This document shows, in pieces, positions 15,876-29,448 of a DNA stretch of 64,000 nt. The notes below the pieces were generated by a model. It was given only the letters and a program-made list of their open reading frames with translations. It ran no database searches and was not told the origin of the DNA. How positions within the stretch are numbered: position 1 is the stretch's first letter; each line of letters begins with the position of its first letter. A program made the position numbers and the translations under genes. The stretch comes from Eledone cirrhosa (Eukaryota): the NCBI GenBank assembly GCA_964016885.1, contig OZ024743.1, positions 176,204,001-176,268,000 on the forward strand. The letters are read 5' to 3'.

Positions 15876-17059
15876 CATATGTATATATATATAATCTTAT
15901 TAGTTACCGCTTCCGTTTATAACTCTATTGATTCTTTCTTCCGTCTATTGGTTGCAGTGGAATATGACGAGTTCGTTATTGAAGTGAACTTTGGAGAGGA
16001 ATGTCTAAATCACAAACTATGTATACGTGCGTGTCATACTGACGTGTAGACATTGAAATCACACAATCAAAATTTGAAGTAGTTTTCAGCTAAAGTAAAA
16101 CATTGCAATCACTGCAATCGTTATACAAAAGGAGACAAATACATACACAGTTGTTCATTATAACAGACTGTATATTAGGTCAAGCCATGGGCATTTATTT
16201 CCTGATAGAATCTTAGGAGCGCTATCGTTATATGCGGCATATCATTTGTATTTAAACTCTTCAGCTCTGAATACAATCAATTTCTTCTAGAGAGAGAAAG
16301 AGAAAGCAAGAGATAGAGGAAGAAGAAAAATCGATTCCAGTATTGAACAGGTACTTTATTTATGGATCTCGAACGAACGAAACGCATAGTTGAAATCGGA
16401 GTGTTTGGAACTTAGATCACAGAGAACAGAATTACCGCAAATCCTTCTATTCGACGTACTAACAACTCTACCAATTCGCCTTCTTAACATAGTGTACACG
16501 ATTTATGAAAACGTCAGCCAAAGTAAATGCAAATGAAGTAGAATAGACTCTTCTAAGTAAGCCAAGAAATCTATTTACATCATCATATCTTTACGTTGTT
16601 CGAAAGGAACCGCAACGATATCATAAATTCGTATTTCTATAAAGCACAGAACAAGCAGCAACTCCGTACGCCTGTGCATGCTCGCTCAATGGCGTGCTAG
16701 AAATAGCAACCAAGTCTTTATCCGATCGTATATATATATGTCCCTTCTTACCTTTTCTACGCCTAAGTGTCCTTCTTTGTCTGCACGTTAGATAACAGTC
16801 ATTATTCTCTTCTGTTTTCCTATTTCTCTCCTTTCTATATTTTTCTCCTTTGGCTAAGAAGCCCTTGTGCTCTCTATATTTGTGTATTTGCCTAAAGGCA
16901 TAACTTGTCTCTACCTGTTTTGTCATGTCTCAATGTGTACTGGAAAGAATGGTATCGATCTTATATAAACCGAAACCGTAGTGATTTCCAGAGGTTGGTT
17001 GAGGAGATGGGATAGGCCGTCTTTCCGTTGTATTCTCCATTGTATTTGTCCAGTATGCT

Positions 17060-17133
<74 letters not shown>

Positions 17134-17157
17134 GTGTATATACGTCATATAATCAAT

Positions 17158-17204
<47 letters not shown>

Positions 17205-17205
17205 G

Positions 17206-17299
<94 letters not shown>

Positions 17300-17855
17300 G
17301 ATATATGTATATATATAATTGAATATATGAGAGAGATCAACACAGATATAAGTATACATGTGTTCCAATTGCAAATGTCCCGGTTAACTAGGTTGAAAAA
17401 ATACTAACTTAAAACAATATGGTTTGCCTGACTCGATTTAAAGTAATAAATCAATAAAAATAACAAACCTATATCGGGCAACAGCCTTTGATACCCAGAC
17501 AGACCTAAATCTGTTTCACAAGAATTATTAAGTGAAAGCCACCCTTCCTGGGCTCTTCAGTAGGTATCCAGAAATTAATACCTTTTACTTCAAAGGATCT
17601 AAGAAGACTGAACGATATGCTGATATGAAAGCACATGTTGCAGCGTCTAGCGCGTCTCATACTCATGCCTCTAAAAATAGCAGCCGGGTTTATGAGACCA
17701 AAGTTAGCTCTAAACACATGTATGCTTATAGTTGTGTTCATCTCTCTCTTATATTCAATTATATTACACGGCTCGGAAAGATTCCCTTCTTTGAGCTATT
17801 TAATTGTAAAAGACTATTTTGAGTTTCTAACTCAATGTATGATATGTATGTATAT

Positions 17856-20800
17856 CTGTTAGAACACGAAAAGTGTGAAACAACAGAATGTTCACTTTTC
17901 GTGTTCTAACATATATGCCTAGCTTATCTAAAAATTTTTCGGGGATAGCCGTGGTGGTGGTGATCGTATGTCATTGGCTAATTTTCAACCAATCAGAGTA
18001 CCTCTCTCTATATCTCTTCCACTGTTACTTACGCCTGTTTCTCTCTATCTGTTCCGTCTCTATTTATATCTCTTACTCTTTCGCTTTGCACTCCTCCCCT
18101 TCAATACCATCTCTCCCCCTCTCTATATATTTGTTACTCTATCGCTGCACGCTCCTCTCCTTCAATATATCAATTACACACGCTTTACACTCCTTTATCC
18201 CCAGCGCCCCTATATATACACCCCCCCTCTCCCGCATCTATATTTTAATGTACCGTTGCACCGTGAATATATGTGTCTATATATATATATACATATATAT
18301 TGTATATACACATTCATGTATGTGTATACACACTCATGTATGTATATACACTGGTTTTATGTGTGTATTGTAAATTTGTACTGTTAAAACACGAAACTAA
18401 CATTCGATTGACACTTTGATTACCTGTACAGGCAATAGTTATTAGAATGCTGTTGAAGTGTGTATATATTTTTGGGGGACATCCTGTATATACACACATT
18501 ATATATAATACAATAAACAGATAAATACACACATATATATATGAGCTTATTTAATTATAAATATTGTGAATTTTTAACTCAGTTCAATTATATATATAAA
18601 TGGCTTCTACAGGACTAGAACTGTTTCATTCGAAAGAAATCATCATAATATTGAGAGGGGGGACTAGATAAAATATTTCAAATCAAATGTGTATAAGTTA
18701 TAAGTTAAAATGTATAAATAGAGACGATAGTGGAGGTATATCTGTTTAGTGGAACAGTAGACGATAGAATTAAATACAGACGATAATCTCCCTTTAATGA
18801 AACAGCAGACGATAGAATTAAGGCAATTTAAATTTTAAGCATTTGCATTTTTGCCTTTCATCGTTACGGGGTCGATAAAATAAAGTACCAGTAATACACT
18901 GTCACTAGACGACTTTCAAATTGAATTGTTGGTTCCATTTCTTTAGTATTTTCAATTGTAGTTATCTACTTAAAAAGCGTTACACGGTTAGAGACATAAT
19001 TCGTAAGTTATATCTTCCCTATTAAACCATTGCATTATTTCGCCTACAATAGAACAAAAATGAAATGTTCTTTAAAGAAACAGGAATATAACTTTATAAA
19101 AAAAAAAGTTGCATCCGCTTCTTTTATCATTGATAATTTTTTCGTTTTAATATTAATTGTTTTTTGTAGTTGTTTATATTAAAAATCTTACTGTAATATT
19201 TACTTAAACGAAGGCAAACATCTAAACTTATAGATTAATCTTGAGCGAAGGACTAGATAAATCTCTCTCTCTCTCTCCCCCCCCCTCTCTCTCTATATAT
19301 ATATATATATAAACGAAGAATGATAAAATTTCAAGCAAAGAGTTTAATTAGGTATATTTTGTAATATTATTAACTAATTATTATAATTAACGCGCATATT
19401 TTGCTATCCTCAAACACGTTTACACATGGCATGAAATATAACTAATACGAGATGGCTAGGTTTCATCTTCTAACTGGATATACGAAATCCATTGTCTTGA
19501 CAACAACATGAGGTAACATTATGTTATTCACAGACACACTTTGTACACTGTTCCATATCAGAATGTATTTCCTTCGTCACATTCACAAACAGTATTGAAA
19601 ATATGTTCTTCGGCAAATAAAAATGTTTTGTTCATAATATTTCAACTAGCGATTGCTCTACTCCACGCACGACCACCATAAATTAATGACCAGCTCAACA
19701 CAAGTATTGGTAGAGCGTCAGACACCATGCTTTGCAGTATTGTTATGGTCCTTTGCATTCTAAGTTCAAATCCTGCCGAGGTTAACTTCGACTTTCATAC
19801 TTACTAATTCGATAAAATAAAGTACCAGTAATGGACTGCCGTAATGGATTTGTGCCGAAAAATAGAAACACTATTAATGTGCAATAAGAGCAAAATATAA
19901 CGACATTGCTCAATTATTTTATCTAATGTTGTAATAACACAAGGAAATGTTGTTTGTGTATTTTTTTTTATATTTGCTCATAGGCTTTTACAATTTCGCT
20001 CAGCCAACAACTATTAAAAAGTGAGTTGCTTAAGATAACAATTTAATCACAAATTGTTGCTATCTTTTAATACACTCCAACAAGTCATCAAATTATGTAC
20101 AATAAAAACAAATCTTATTAATTTGCTCAGAGAATATAAAGAAAATGTATATACACTGATAATTGCAATTGTATGTAAATATTTTGTTTTTGTATTGTAT
20201 ATTTTATGTTTTCTATTATGTATAATATATTGATTTAATATTGATTGTTTTTTGTAGTTGTTTATATTAAAAGTCTGAAAATATTTTTATACATCTTACA
20301 CTAATATTTATAAGATAATTTATAATAACAATTACATAATCTAATTACATTACAACGATAATTTATTATTAATATATATCCTGTTTAACTAGAGTTATTA
20401 CAAGCGTTGCCTTAAAAAAATATTAAACTAGACATGAAAAATGCGCAAGCTCAAAAGTGCCACAGAATGTTATAATAAACCTTCAAAAGTGTGGGACTAG
20501 AGTTGTTGCTAAAAAATATTGTAATCATTCCAGTAATGCACTGGGTAATTGCTGGCCTTGTGCCTAAAGTAGAAACAATTATATATCGTACATTCTGTGG
20601 CATCCTTTATAAAAATAGCTTAAACCAACGAAGCCTTTATTTTTACGCTATTTCACTTAGTTAATTCTTAGAGTGTAACATATAAAAATAAATACATCTA
20701 TGTTTAATGTAATAACAGCTATAAATAATTACGTAATATTATTATCATATACTCATAGTAACAAAATAATTGTGTTGAAACTTAATATGATGCTTATATG

Positions 20801-21436
20801 AACGATCACATCTATAATGATAATTTCTTAAATATACTAATAGTAAAATAATTTAGTTATCTATTGTTACATTTTCATAGAACTATAATATTAACAATCG
20901 TATTGCATTATCAAATTTTTATCACTACAAACTTTCATATTGGAATTACCTTAAGCCACTTATTATTACTTCGCTTTCGTACTTTTACAGCTGTAGATAT
21001 TGCGCTGTATCTTATATCTAATATCAATATCTCGTGGTAATTTGCATGAAGTGTAAAATAGGTTTATTAATAACTTTAATATGAAATGTATTATACAGGG
21101 CTGCGGAGTCGGCCAAAAATTGACTGGCTCCAACTCAGGATCCGATACTCCATTATTTCCTAAATTTCAGCTCCGCAGCTCTGTTATTATATTAATTAAT
21201 TTATTTTATAGTTGTAAATCATATTTTTATATGTTACACTCTAAGAATTAACTAAGTGAAATAGCGTAAAAATAAAGGCTTCGTTGGTTTAAGCTATTTT
21301 TATAAAGGATGCCACAGAATGTACGATATATAATGATTACAATATTTTTTAGCAACAACTCTAGTCCCACACTTTTGAAGGTTTATTATAACATTCTGTG
21401 GCACTTTTGAGCTTGCGCATTTTTCATGTCTAGTAT
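17856..21436. repeat. Segmental duplication copy 2
   Basis: Same sequence as 255-4150; the ORF track repeats identical peptides (e.g. 709..927 vs 18314..18532). Confidence 0.95.
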
Positions 21437-21466
21437 AAATATACATATGTATATGTATATATATAC

Positions 21467-21567
<101 letters not shown>

Positions 21568-22047
21568 CATATATATATAAAGAATGAATAATAACAGGCA
21601 GACATCATAAAAAGGTAATTTATTATGTGTGCTTACAAATGTTTCCACGGTGGTTATACAGCCTAGTTATGCTATGTGCAAATTTATAACTATTTGCAAA
21701 ACTCAATAATCAAATGCTGTGACCACTGTATCATCAGAGCAGAATGGTTAAAATGTAAAATGGAAATACCCTTAAGTGAGGTTATTGGGAGGATAGAGTA
21801 GAAAAGGAAGAGAGAAAGAAGAGGAGAGGGAGAGAGAGAGAGAGATATATATATGCAGGGGTTGGAGAAATGGGAGAGAGTGGTTTGTAGAATACAGATA
21901 TCTTAATCAAAATGTTGTGGTAGGGGTTTTATTATACTGGTTACTCTTAAAGCGACAACCTTAAGCGATGCGTTGATAGTTAAGGTTGGAATTATTTATT
22001 GCCACAGAGGGCAGGTTCATAGATGTGGAGAGGGAGGGAGGTGGACC

Positions 22048-22100
<53 letters not shown>

Positions 22101-22299
22101 GAATGGAGATAGGGAGAGATAGAGTGGAGACACACGAAAGCTATGGGATGGGTGTACATTGAGTTCATAGTTGTAGGTTACAAATTGCACTAAGTATCCA
22201 TTTATAGTGGTAAGCAGGGTATTGTCTTGTAGTGTGGGGGTGGGGGATATAGTTAAGAAGTTGTTATTGAGAGAAAGTAGTTAACTAGAAAGCAATGTT

Positions 22300-22990
22300 T
22301 TAGTTACGGGTTCGAATGTTAAGTTATTTTATAGTGAGAGAATTTAGCCTTCAGTTTGTGGTTGCAGTATAGTGATCGTTCGATTCTGTCATTTAGTAAT
22401 TTATTTTTGGATTTTAAGATGTAAAAGAGTTCAAGGTTACACTAGCGCTGGAAAGTATATTCCATTTCAAGGTGAACTGTTGGTTGCGTTCACGGAGTTG
22501 CCAGGTCTTGTTGGCGAGCGTGGTCACAAAACGGTGATTAGGATGTTTAATTGAGAATCGATGACGATACCAGCGAGATTTAAAGGAGGTAGTGGTAGAC
22601 ACGATGTAATACCATTTCTGGTCGTTCGATTCAATGTTGGACTTTAGGCATTTATTCTTCAATGGACATCTTTCAGGTAGGTGGCAGTTACAGTTTTTAT
22701 TGTGGGTAGCGGTTATACCATGGATAGGTTGGGATAGCAATACAGGTGTGTTGTGTAATACCCGTCTCCCATTTAGTGGTTGGGAGACCGATACTACGTT
22801 ATGCTCATCTGTTATTAAACTATTTTGTTTTGTAGTGTTGTTTAATTGCTTTAAGTTAAGTTTTTTATGTATGCTTGAAGGCTTAGCTCTGTTTCATGAC
22901 CGCTGTATCACGTGATAATTTCCCCCTCTGCCATTCGGGATTCTATCTCGCGACGTGTTTTGAAACTCTAAATGAGGTATCCTGTTGATA
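22300..22990 (-). mobile_element. Decayed Penelope-like element, GIY-YIG endonuclease region
   Basis: ORF 22414..22740: CNC-x5-CPL-x3-CL, YI(V)ST-x2-FKSRW-x2-H, L-x5-L-x8-KWNIL, matching the PLE linker/GIY-YIG pattern. Confidence 0.75.
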
Positions 22991-23985
22991 AGTCGGCAAA
23001 CCTCACAAAATACTGCATCTCTATGATGTAATGTTTTTGCATAATAGCCACGAAACTACGTAGTCGAGAATAATGAAGGAATTTAGGTATATTATATCTT
23101 TTTCTTTATATCTAATGTTACTTTTTTCTTTATAATGCATTATATAGCTCTGATATTGAATCAATCTAATCCATCCAGATTATTTTGTCCCTATTATTCA
23201 TAGACCAACAGCGGTTAAGATTGGCACCACACAAATTCAGGGATATATGTGGGTATATGCATGTATATGTATGTATTCGCATGTGTCTGTGTATTTCTTT
23301 GTATTATATATATATATATATATACATATATACATAAATATAGCTGGCAACGCTCTTCGATATGTTAGCATAACAGGCATGACGTCCCGGCTTTGATCTC
23401 ACTGGTATATTCATACCCACTCCCCGCCACAATTTTTGTGTAGAATTCATATAGAGATGTGAAGTGATATGAGAGATATTGTTGTAATTAAAATGGTCAT
23501 ACTAGCAATAAATCTCTCACGTATCTCTTGTACTTCACTTTTATTGTTTATATTTAATGATCTAATTAATTAGCAATAAAGAAGTAAAACTGCAACCATT
23601 GCATGTGTGTTTTTATTGGCAGAATCGTGTAAACAACAGATCATCTTTCATTTTATGCATAGTTATATATGATCTCAACCAGTGTTATAGATTAATTATA
23701 CTTTCTACTGTTTATATTAGTATTCTCTGATGAATTGTTTTATTTTCCTAGCAACGCGAACTCAATCCATCATTCTTCGAATATATAAACACCAACCTTA
23801 AATTGTATTGTTTTTGTATTATTATTTGTATTATTATTATTATGAGTTGGGTGATATGAGAAAAGTAAAAAGTCGGTCAATTACCCTAATTTCTTGGGTT
23901 TTATATTTACTCTGCTTCACGATGTATACACGTTCACACATACACACACATACAGACAAATAAATATAGATATATAGGTATAAAG

Positions 23986-24042
<57 letters not shown>

Positions 24043-24120
24043 TATTGAAATTTCCTCGAAAATTGAAAAAGTCATAGGAGTGAAGAGTGCTCTATGTAAG
24101 TACCAGAGCTAAATTTAATG

Positions 24121-24309
24121 TATAATAAACAATACAATAAAATTACCTCATTACCAGAGGTTTCCCGAATAAGACGAATACACAAAGCGTCCTCATTCGT
24201 ACTTCGGACAAGGTAATTGCCTTGTCCGATGAACGAATGAGGACGTTTTTTGTATTCGTCTTATTCGGGAAACCACTGGTAATGAGGTAATTATATTGTA
24301 TTGTTTATT

Positions 24310-24312
<3 letters not shown>
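24121..24312. repeat. ~190-bp palindrome carrying variant hammerheads in both arms
   Basis: Centre at 24216/24217; right arm CCTTGT-CCGATGA-stem II-GAAA-CCACTGG-TA^-ATGAGG (24220-24287); flanked by (TA)n. Confidence 0.8.
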
Positions 24313-24386
<74 letters not shown>

Positions 24387-24467
24387 GAATGAAAAATGGC
24401 GTGCAAATGTGATATACAAATTAAATGAAGAATTAGAAATAGAAGCCAGGACTATCTTTATTTAATT

Positions 24468-24507
<40 letters not shown>

Positions 24508-24724
24508 AAAATGTTTAACCCCGACGGCGCAGCTCAAGTACTCGATACTTGGGGTTGTAGAGTGGGTAATATGAAAAGATTTAGGACCCTGACGGCTGAG
24601 CTGCGGCCGTTTCGATAGTTAGTTCAGATATAGCTGTCGAAACGGCTGGGGCTCAGCCGTCGCGTCCCTGAATCTTTTCATATACATAAACACACATACA
24701 CACGCATATATATATATACATATT

Positions 24725-24772
<48 letters not shown>

Positions 24773-24847
24773 GATATATATGTACATATATATATCCAAT
24801 ATATATATATATATATATATATTGGATATATATATGTACATATATAT

Positions 24848-24917
<70 letters not shown>

Positions 24918-25041
24918 ATATATATGTACATATATATAGTTGGATATATATATATATATATCCAACTCTCTCTTTCTCTCTGTCCCTACACACACACACA
25001 GACACACGCACCACTGATGATGTTGCAGAAAGAACTTTGAT

Positions 25042-25100
<59 letters not shown>

Positions 25101-25267
25101 CTGTATTTTTAACCGCTTGTCAATCAATGATAAACATTGTTTGCCAAACAAATTAACTATGGAGATATAAAAGATACTGAAGCGAAAACCTACCAAAGAG
25201 TGCATGTATACTGTTATTATTTCTGGCAATATTACAACAATATGCCCTCCCCAAGTATAACAATATG

Positions 25268-25306
<39 letters not shown>

Positions 25307-25496
25307 TTGAAGGAGCTGGTGTGTTTCTAGAAACGCCATTCAAAATCCTCTCCTGTTGCTCTGATGTAGATATAATTTCTGTTGTCGTCGTCATGAGGAT
25401 ACAGCTGTAGACAACTCTGGGGGTTATACAACAGACCCCCAGCGGACACCCCGTAGGAGATCTACCATCGCATTTTTTGGCTCTGGGGGCGCTGTT

Positions 25497-25538
<42 letters not shown>

Positions 25539-25989
25539 AAAATAGGGTTTGAAATATGCAATGATCGACGTTTTGGTTATTTAGGTGTCTGTATTAATGA
25601 GCCAAGTATTTTGATGATTATTTATATATTTTTGATTACTTTTTACAACAGTTTATGTGGCGAGAAAAGGAGAGAAGAATGTATTAAGTGGACATGTATG
25701 GAGGAGGTATGCATCTACTTGCGAGTTCCTGACCCTTCATATTAGAGGCGGCACTAATATAGGCTAAAAGTTGAAGTGTTGGTGAGTTAATGTTTGACAA
25801 TTAGTTGGATGGCCTTCCTTTGATGTGTATGACGGTAGTATCGCTGTAGATGTGGGGGCAGTATTGTATTGTAGATATTGAGATCTTCAAAGATTTAGCA
25901 GCTGATAAAAGCCGAAGTATTTTATGACCATCAAGTGGGAGACAACATTTTGTGATGCATTAATTATTCTCTTTTGTGGAAAATTGTTC

Positions 25990-26212
25990 GCTTGGCCATC
26001 CAGCCTAATCAGTTGGAGATGGTTGCTTTTGACAGGACCCGCTGGAAGGAGTGTTTGAGGACTCTGCCCCCATGACCCTCTCAAGAGGGAAGAAGAAGAA
26101 GAAGAAGAAGAAGAAGAAGAAGAAGAAGAAGAAGAAGAAGAAGAAGAAGAAGAAGAAGAAGAAGAAGAAGAAGAAGAAGAAGAAGAAGAAGAAGAAGAAG
26201 AAGAAGAAGAAG
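25990..26212 (+). mobile_element. 5'-truncated RTE-clade LINE 3' end with (GAA)n tail
   Basis: Reads QLEMVAFDRTRWKECL (RTE C-terminal A-x-DR-x-x-W motif), long GAA tail, TSD AATTGTTC at 25982-25989 and 26213-26220. Confidence 0.7.
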
Positions 26213-26595
26213 AATTGTTCAGCAGAAGGACAAACATTCTCTTGATCTCGATTTTCAGTATGGGTATCGACAGCAAAACTTGCCAGTCGATTCATAATAA
26301 GGGGACTGATATAGATGAAACTGGAATGTGTATAGTTGCAGAATCTTTTCCATGGAACCATGACATCTTCGTAGGTGGTCACATGTATAGGATCTACACA
26401 CATATAAAACATTTTTTGATATGCAAATATATTTCTAATATCACCATATTGGATTCTTTAATATTACATATGATCGAGATTGATACAATCAGGATAATAC
26501 GTAATATATAAATCTTATTATAAAGACAATTGAAATTTAGATGCCACATTTAGAACTTCAGTTACTTAATTATTTCCAGCAGTCATTATATACTA

Positions 26596-26770
26596 GTATT
26601 GGTAGAGGGTCGGACGCCATGCTTTCTAGCATAGTTACGTCCCTTTACGGTTTGAGTTCAAATCCCGTCGAGGTTTACTTTGCCATTCATCCTTACGGGG
26701 TCGATAAATTAAAGTACCAGTAATGTACTGGGTAATTTGCTGGCCTTGTGCCAATAGTAGAAACAATTAT
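26596..26770 (+). mobile_element. tRNA-derived SINE (same family)
   Basis: B-box GAGTTCAAATCCC and family body. Confidence 0.8.
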
Positions 26771-27375
26771 ATACTAGATTGTATATAAATGACTGCAGGG
26801 TCCAAGTAAAACAACATTTAATCTTGATTCAGAATAACATAAGAATTAAATACAAGAATTTGTTATAAAATATAGTTAATTAATATAATTGGTATGAAAT
26901 AAAATTTATATAATATGAGAATTAAATACGTTATTTCCATAAGTATATACAATATTTACTCATAAAAACATTTCAATTCTGTTTTAAACTCTCATACAAT
27001 ATTATATGTCAAATATAGTATTGCTATTTTCTGACTTTTCAACAAGAAATATATGAATATATAAATAAATATAATGTTTACAGACAAGAGAGTAAATATA
27101 ACACCAAACCTGATAACCAAAGATAGCCAGAGCTACAGATTTAAATTAACGATGTTTCAAGCTTCATTGAAGAGGATGGGCAGCAGAAATTATATAATAA
27201 TATACCTGAGACATGAAGAGAACTATCCCAATCTATTTTTGTAGTTGTTTTGCAAATTTTGTTGTGAAATGGTGTGGTGAAACAAATTGAAGAAAATCAA
27301 AAAATTACGCTTAGTTTAGTAACCGGGACAATTAAATAATCATCCGGTTACTCACACACACTTATAAATATATAG

Positions 27376-27423
<48 letters not shown>

Positions 27424-27615
27424 AACATAAACAATAACGAAGAGTGCAGTACAAACCGTGTTGGTATTAGGTTCACGCTTGAGAGGAGGAGGGGGGGGAC
27501 GTTTCGGGCATAAGCCCTTCATCAGGAGAAAAGTGGGAAGGAAAAGAGTTCCGAGGGTGTGAAGGGGAGTGGTGAAAAGACATTAAAGGGGGAATATATA
27601 TATTAATGTATATTA

Positions 27616-27650
<35 letters not shown>

Positions 27651-28649
27651 ATTTATATATATATATATGTAATTTATATATATATTTATATATATATATA
27701 TATATAAATTACATACATATATGCATATATACACTATATAAACATATACACGTATATTAAACGCTATATAGTTGTATATAACAATTTAAGAATTCTGTTA
27801 TATGCCCAGAAAACTACTTATAATAGACACGACAATAAGTTTGTGCTTTTCAAAATTTCTTTAAATATCTGTCTTTAAAAATATATGATTTTTGTTGATT
27901 TTCTTTTCGCTAGAGGATACAACGGTAATTGTTTTTCATCCGTGCAATGTTGTTTACAATTATACAGCCTCTAATAATATTTACATACTAAAGAAGGTCG
28001 GTTGGCCGAATCAGGAAAGTGGACTATAAAATGCCTCGCTGTGTTTACATGCTTTCATTTGTGCTCTGAGTTCAAATCTCTTTGTGATAAGATTGATCTT
28101 CGCTTCGACGGAGGACCATAAAATAGCTACTGGAGTCGACTCAATATAATCGTTTGTTGTTCTTTTAACTAAGAAAAAAAATAGTGTTTATATAAATATA
28201 TAATTGATAACTAGTTATCAATTTATTACATAAACACCTACACATGGGTTCAAGCACATAGCTTTCAGAAGAAGCGTGTGCCTGAAAGACAGATAGTGTG
28301 TGTTCGGGCCCTCATTTCAGTGGTGCACATTAAGATTTAGAACGAAAAATTAGTGATATGATTATTCTAAAACTTCGCCATCAGAATTATTGCGAATTAG
28401 TGTCAACTGAAAATGCTCTGAAGACCACCCCCGCGAACAGCAAAACCCTGTGGCTGGCGTGAGTGTGTGAAAGAAAGGAAGAGAGAGAGAGAGAGAGAGA
28501 GAGAGATCGGTAGAACACAACTTTTGCGTTCTGTACCTTCTTGAGAAACATAAATTAGGATAGCGTTATACTTTAGAAGAGTCATGTTGCCAATACAACA
28601 TACACACACTGGTGAGTATTCACTTCAGTTTTATTATTAGTTAGGTAAC

Positions 28650-29200
28650 CAGGGCGGTATTTTGGTAGAATCCATAGAACATCGGGCAACTTGATTAGCA
28701 TAATAGAGTTACGGCCCTTTACATTCCGAGTTCTAATCCCACCAATGTTAGCTTTACCTTTTGTCTTTACAGGGTCGATGAAATAAAGTACCAGTAACGT
28801 ACTGGTTTCGATTTAATCGACTTTCCCCTCACCCAAAATTGTTGGCCTTGTTCCTAAATTTGAAACCATTATTAGTTATGTAACAGGGCGATGGATTGGC
28901 AGTATCGGTAGGGGGTCGGTCGCCATGCTTTGATGCATAGAGTTACGGCCCTTGCCATTCTGAGTTCAAATCCCGCCGAGGTTAACTTTACCTTTCATCC
29001 TTACGAGGTCGATAAAATAAAGTACCAGTAATGCACTGAGTAATTGCTAGCCTTGTGCCAAAATTATTAGTTATGTAATTAATCCAATCCTTGCAGTCGT
29101 TACAATAGCGCTGAATATTTGTTCAGGGATTCTGTTCTGAGTTCAAGTCCTGCAGAGGTTGACTTTACTTTTCATTCTATCGTGGTGGATAATGAAAGTA
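28650..29200 (+). mobile_element. Cluster of tandem SINE copies
   Basis: Family copies at ~28650-28870 and ~28886-29060, fragment at ~29135-29200. Confidence 0.8.
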
Positions 29201-29382
29201 TTAGCCCACTATGGTTTCAGCCTTCAAGTCCTAAATGTTTCCCTGGATCAAGGCAGGGCGGACTGAGCGAGTGTCTGCATCTGCTCGTGATTGCAAAGGC
29301 ACCTAAATCCTTTAGCGAAAGCATAGTACATAGTACAAAGTTATATACGAAACGACAGATGGCTGTAGTATCTATCTATCTT

Positions 29383-29446
<64 letters not shown>

Positions 29447-29448
29447 AC

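Noticed and set aside
25011-25040. CTGATGA-TGTTGCA-GAAA motif
   Set aside because: Only 2-bp stems; compatible with chance
25887-26511. Possible GPCR-like fragment on the minus strand interrupted by the RTE stub
   Set aside because: Only a vague TM2-TM3 resemblance (C...SFAVD); no DRY motif; unsupported without BLASTX
27498-27529. Minus-strand CTGATGA-A-GGGC-TTAT-GCCC-GAAA-CG-TC hammerhead core
   Set aside because: Core and stem II are intact but stem I cannot pair (TCTC vs CCCC); counted only as a decayed copy
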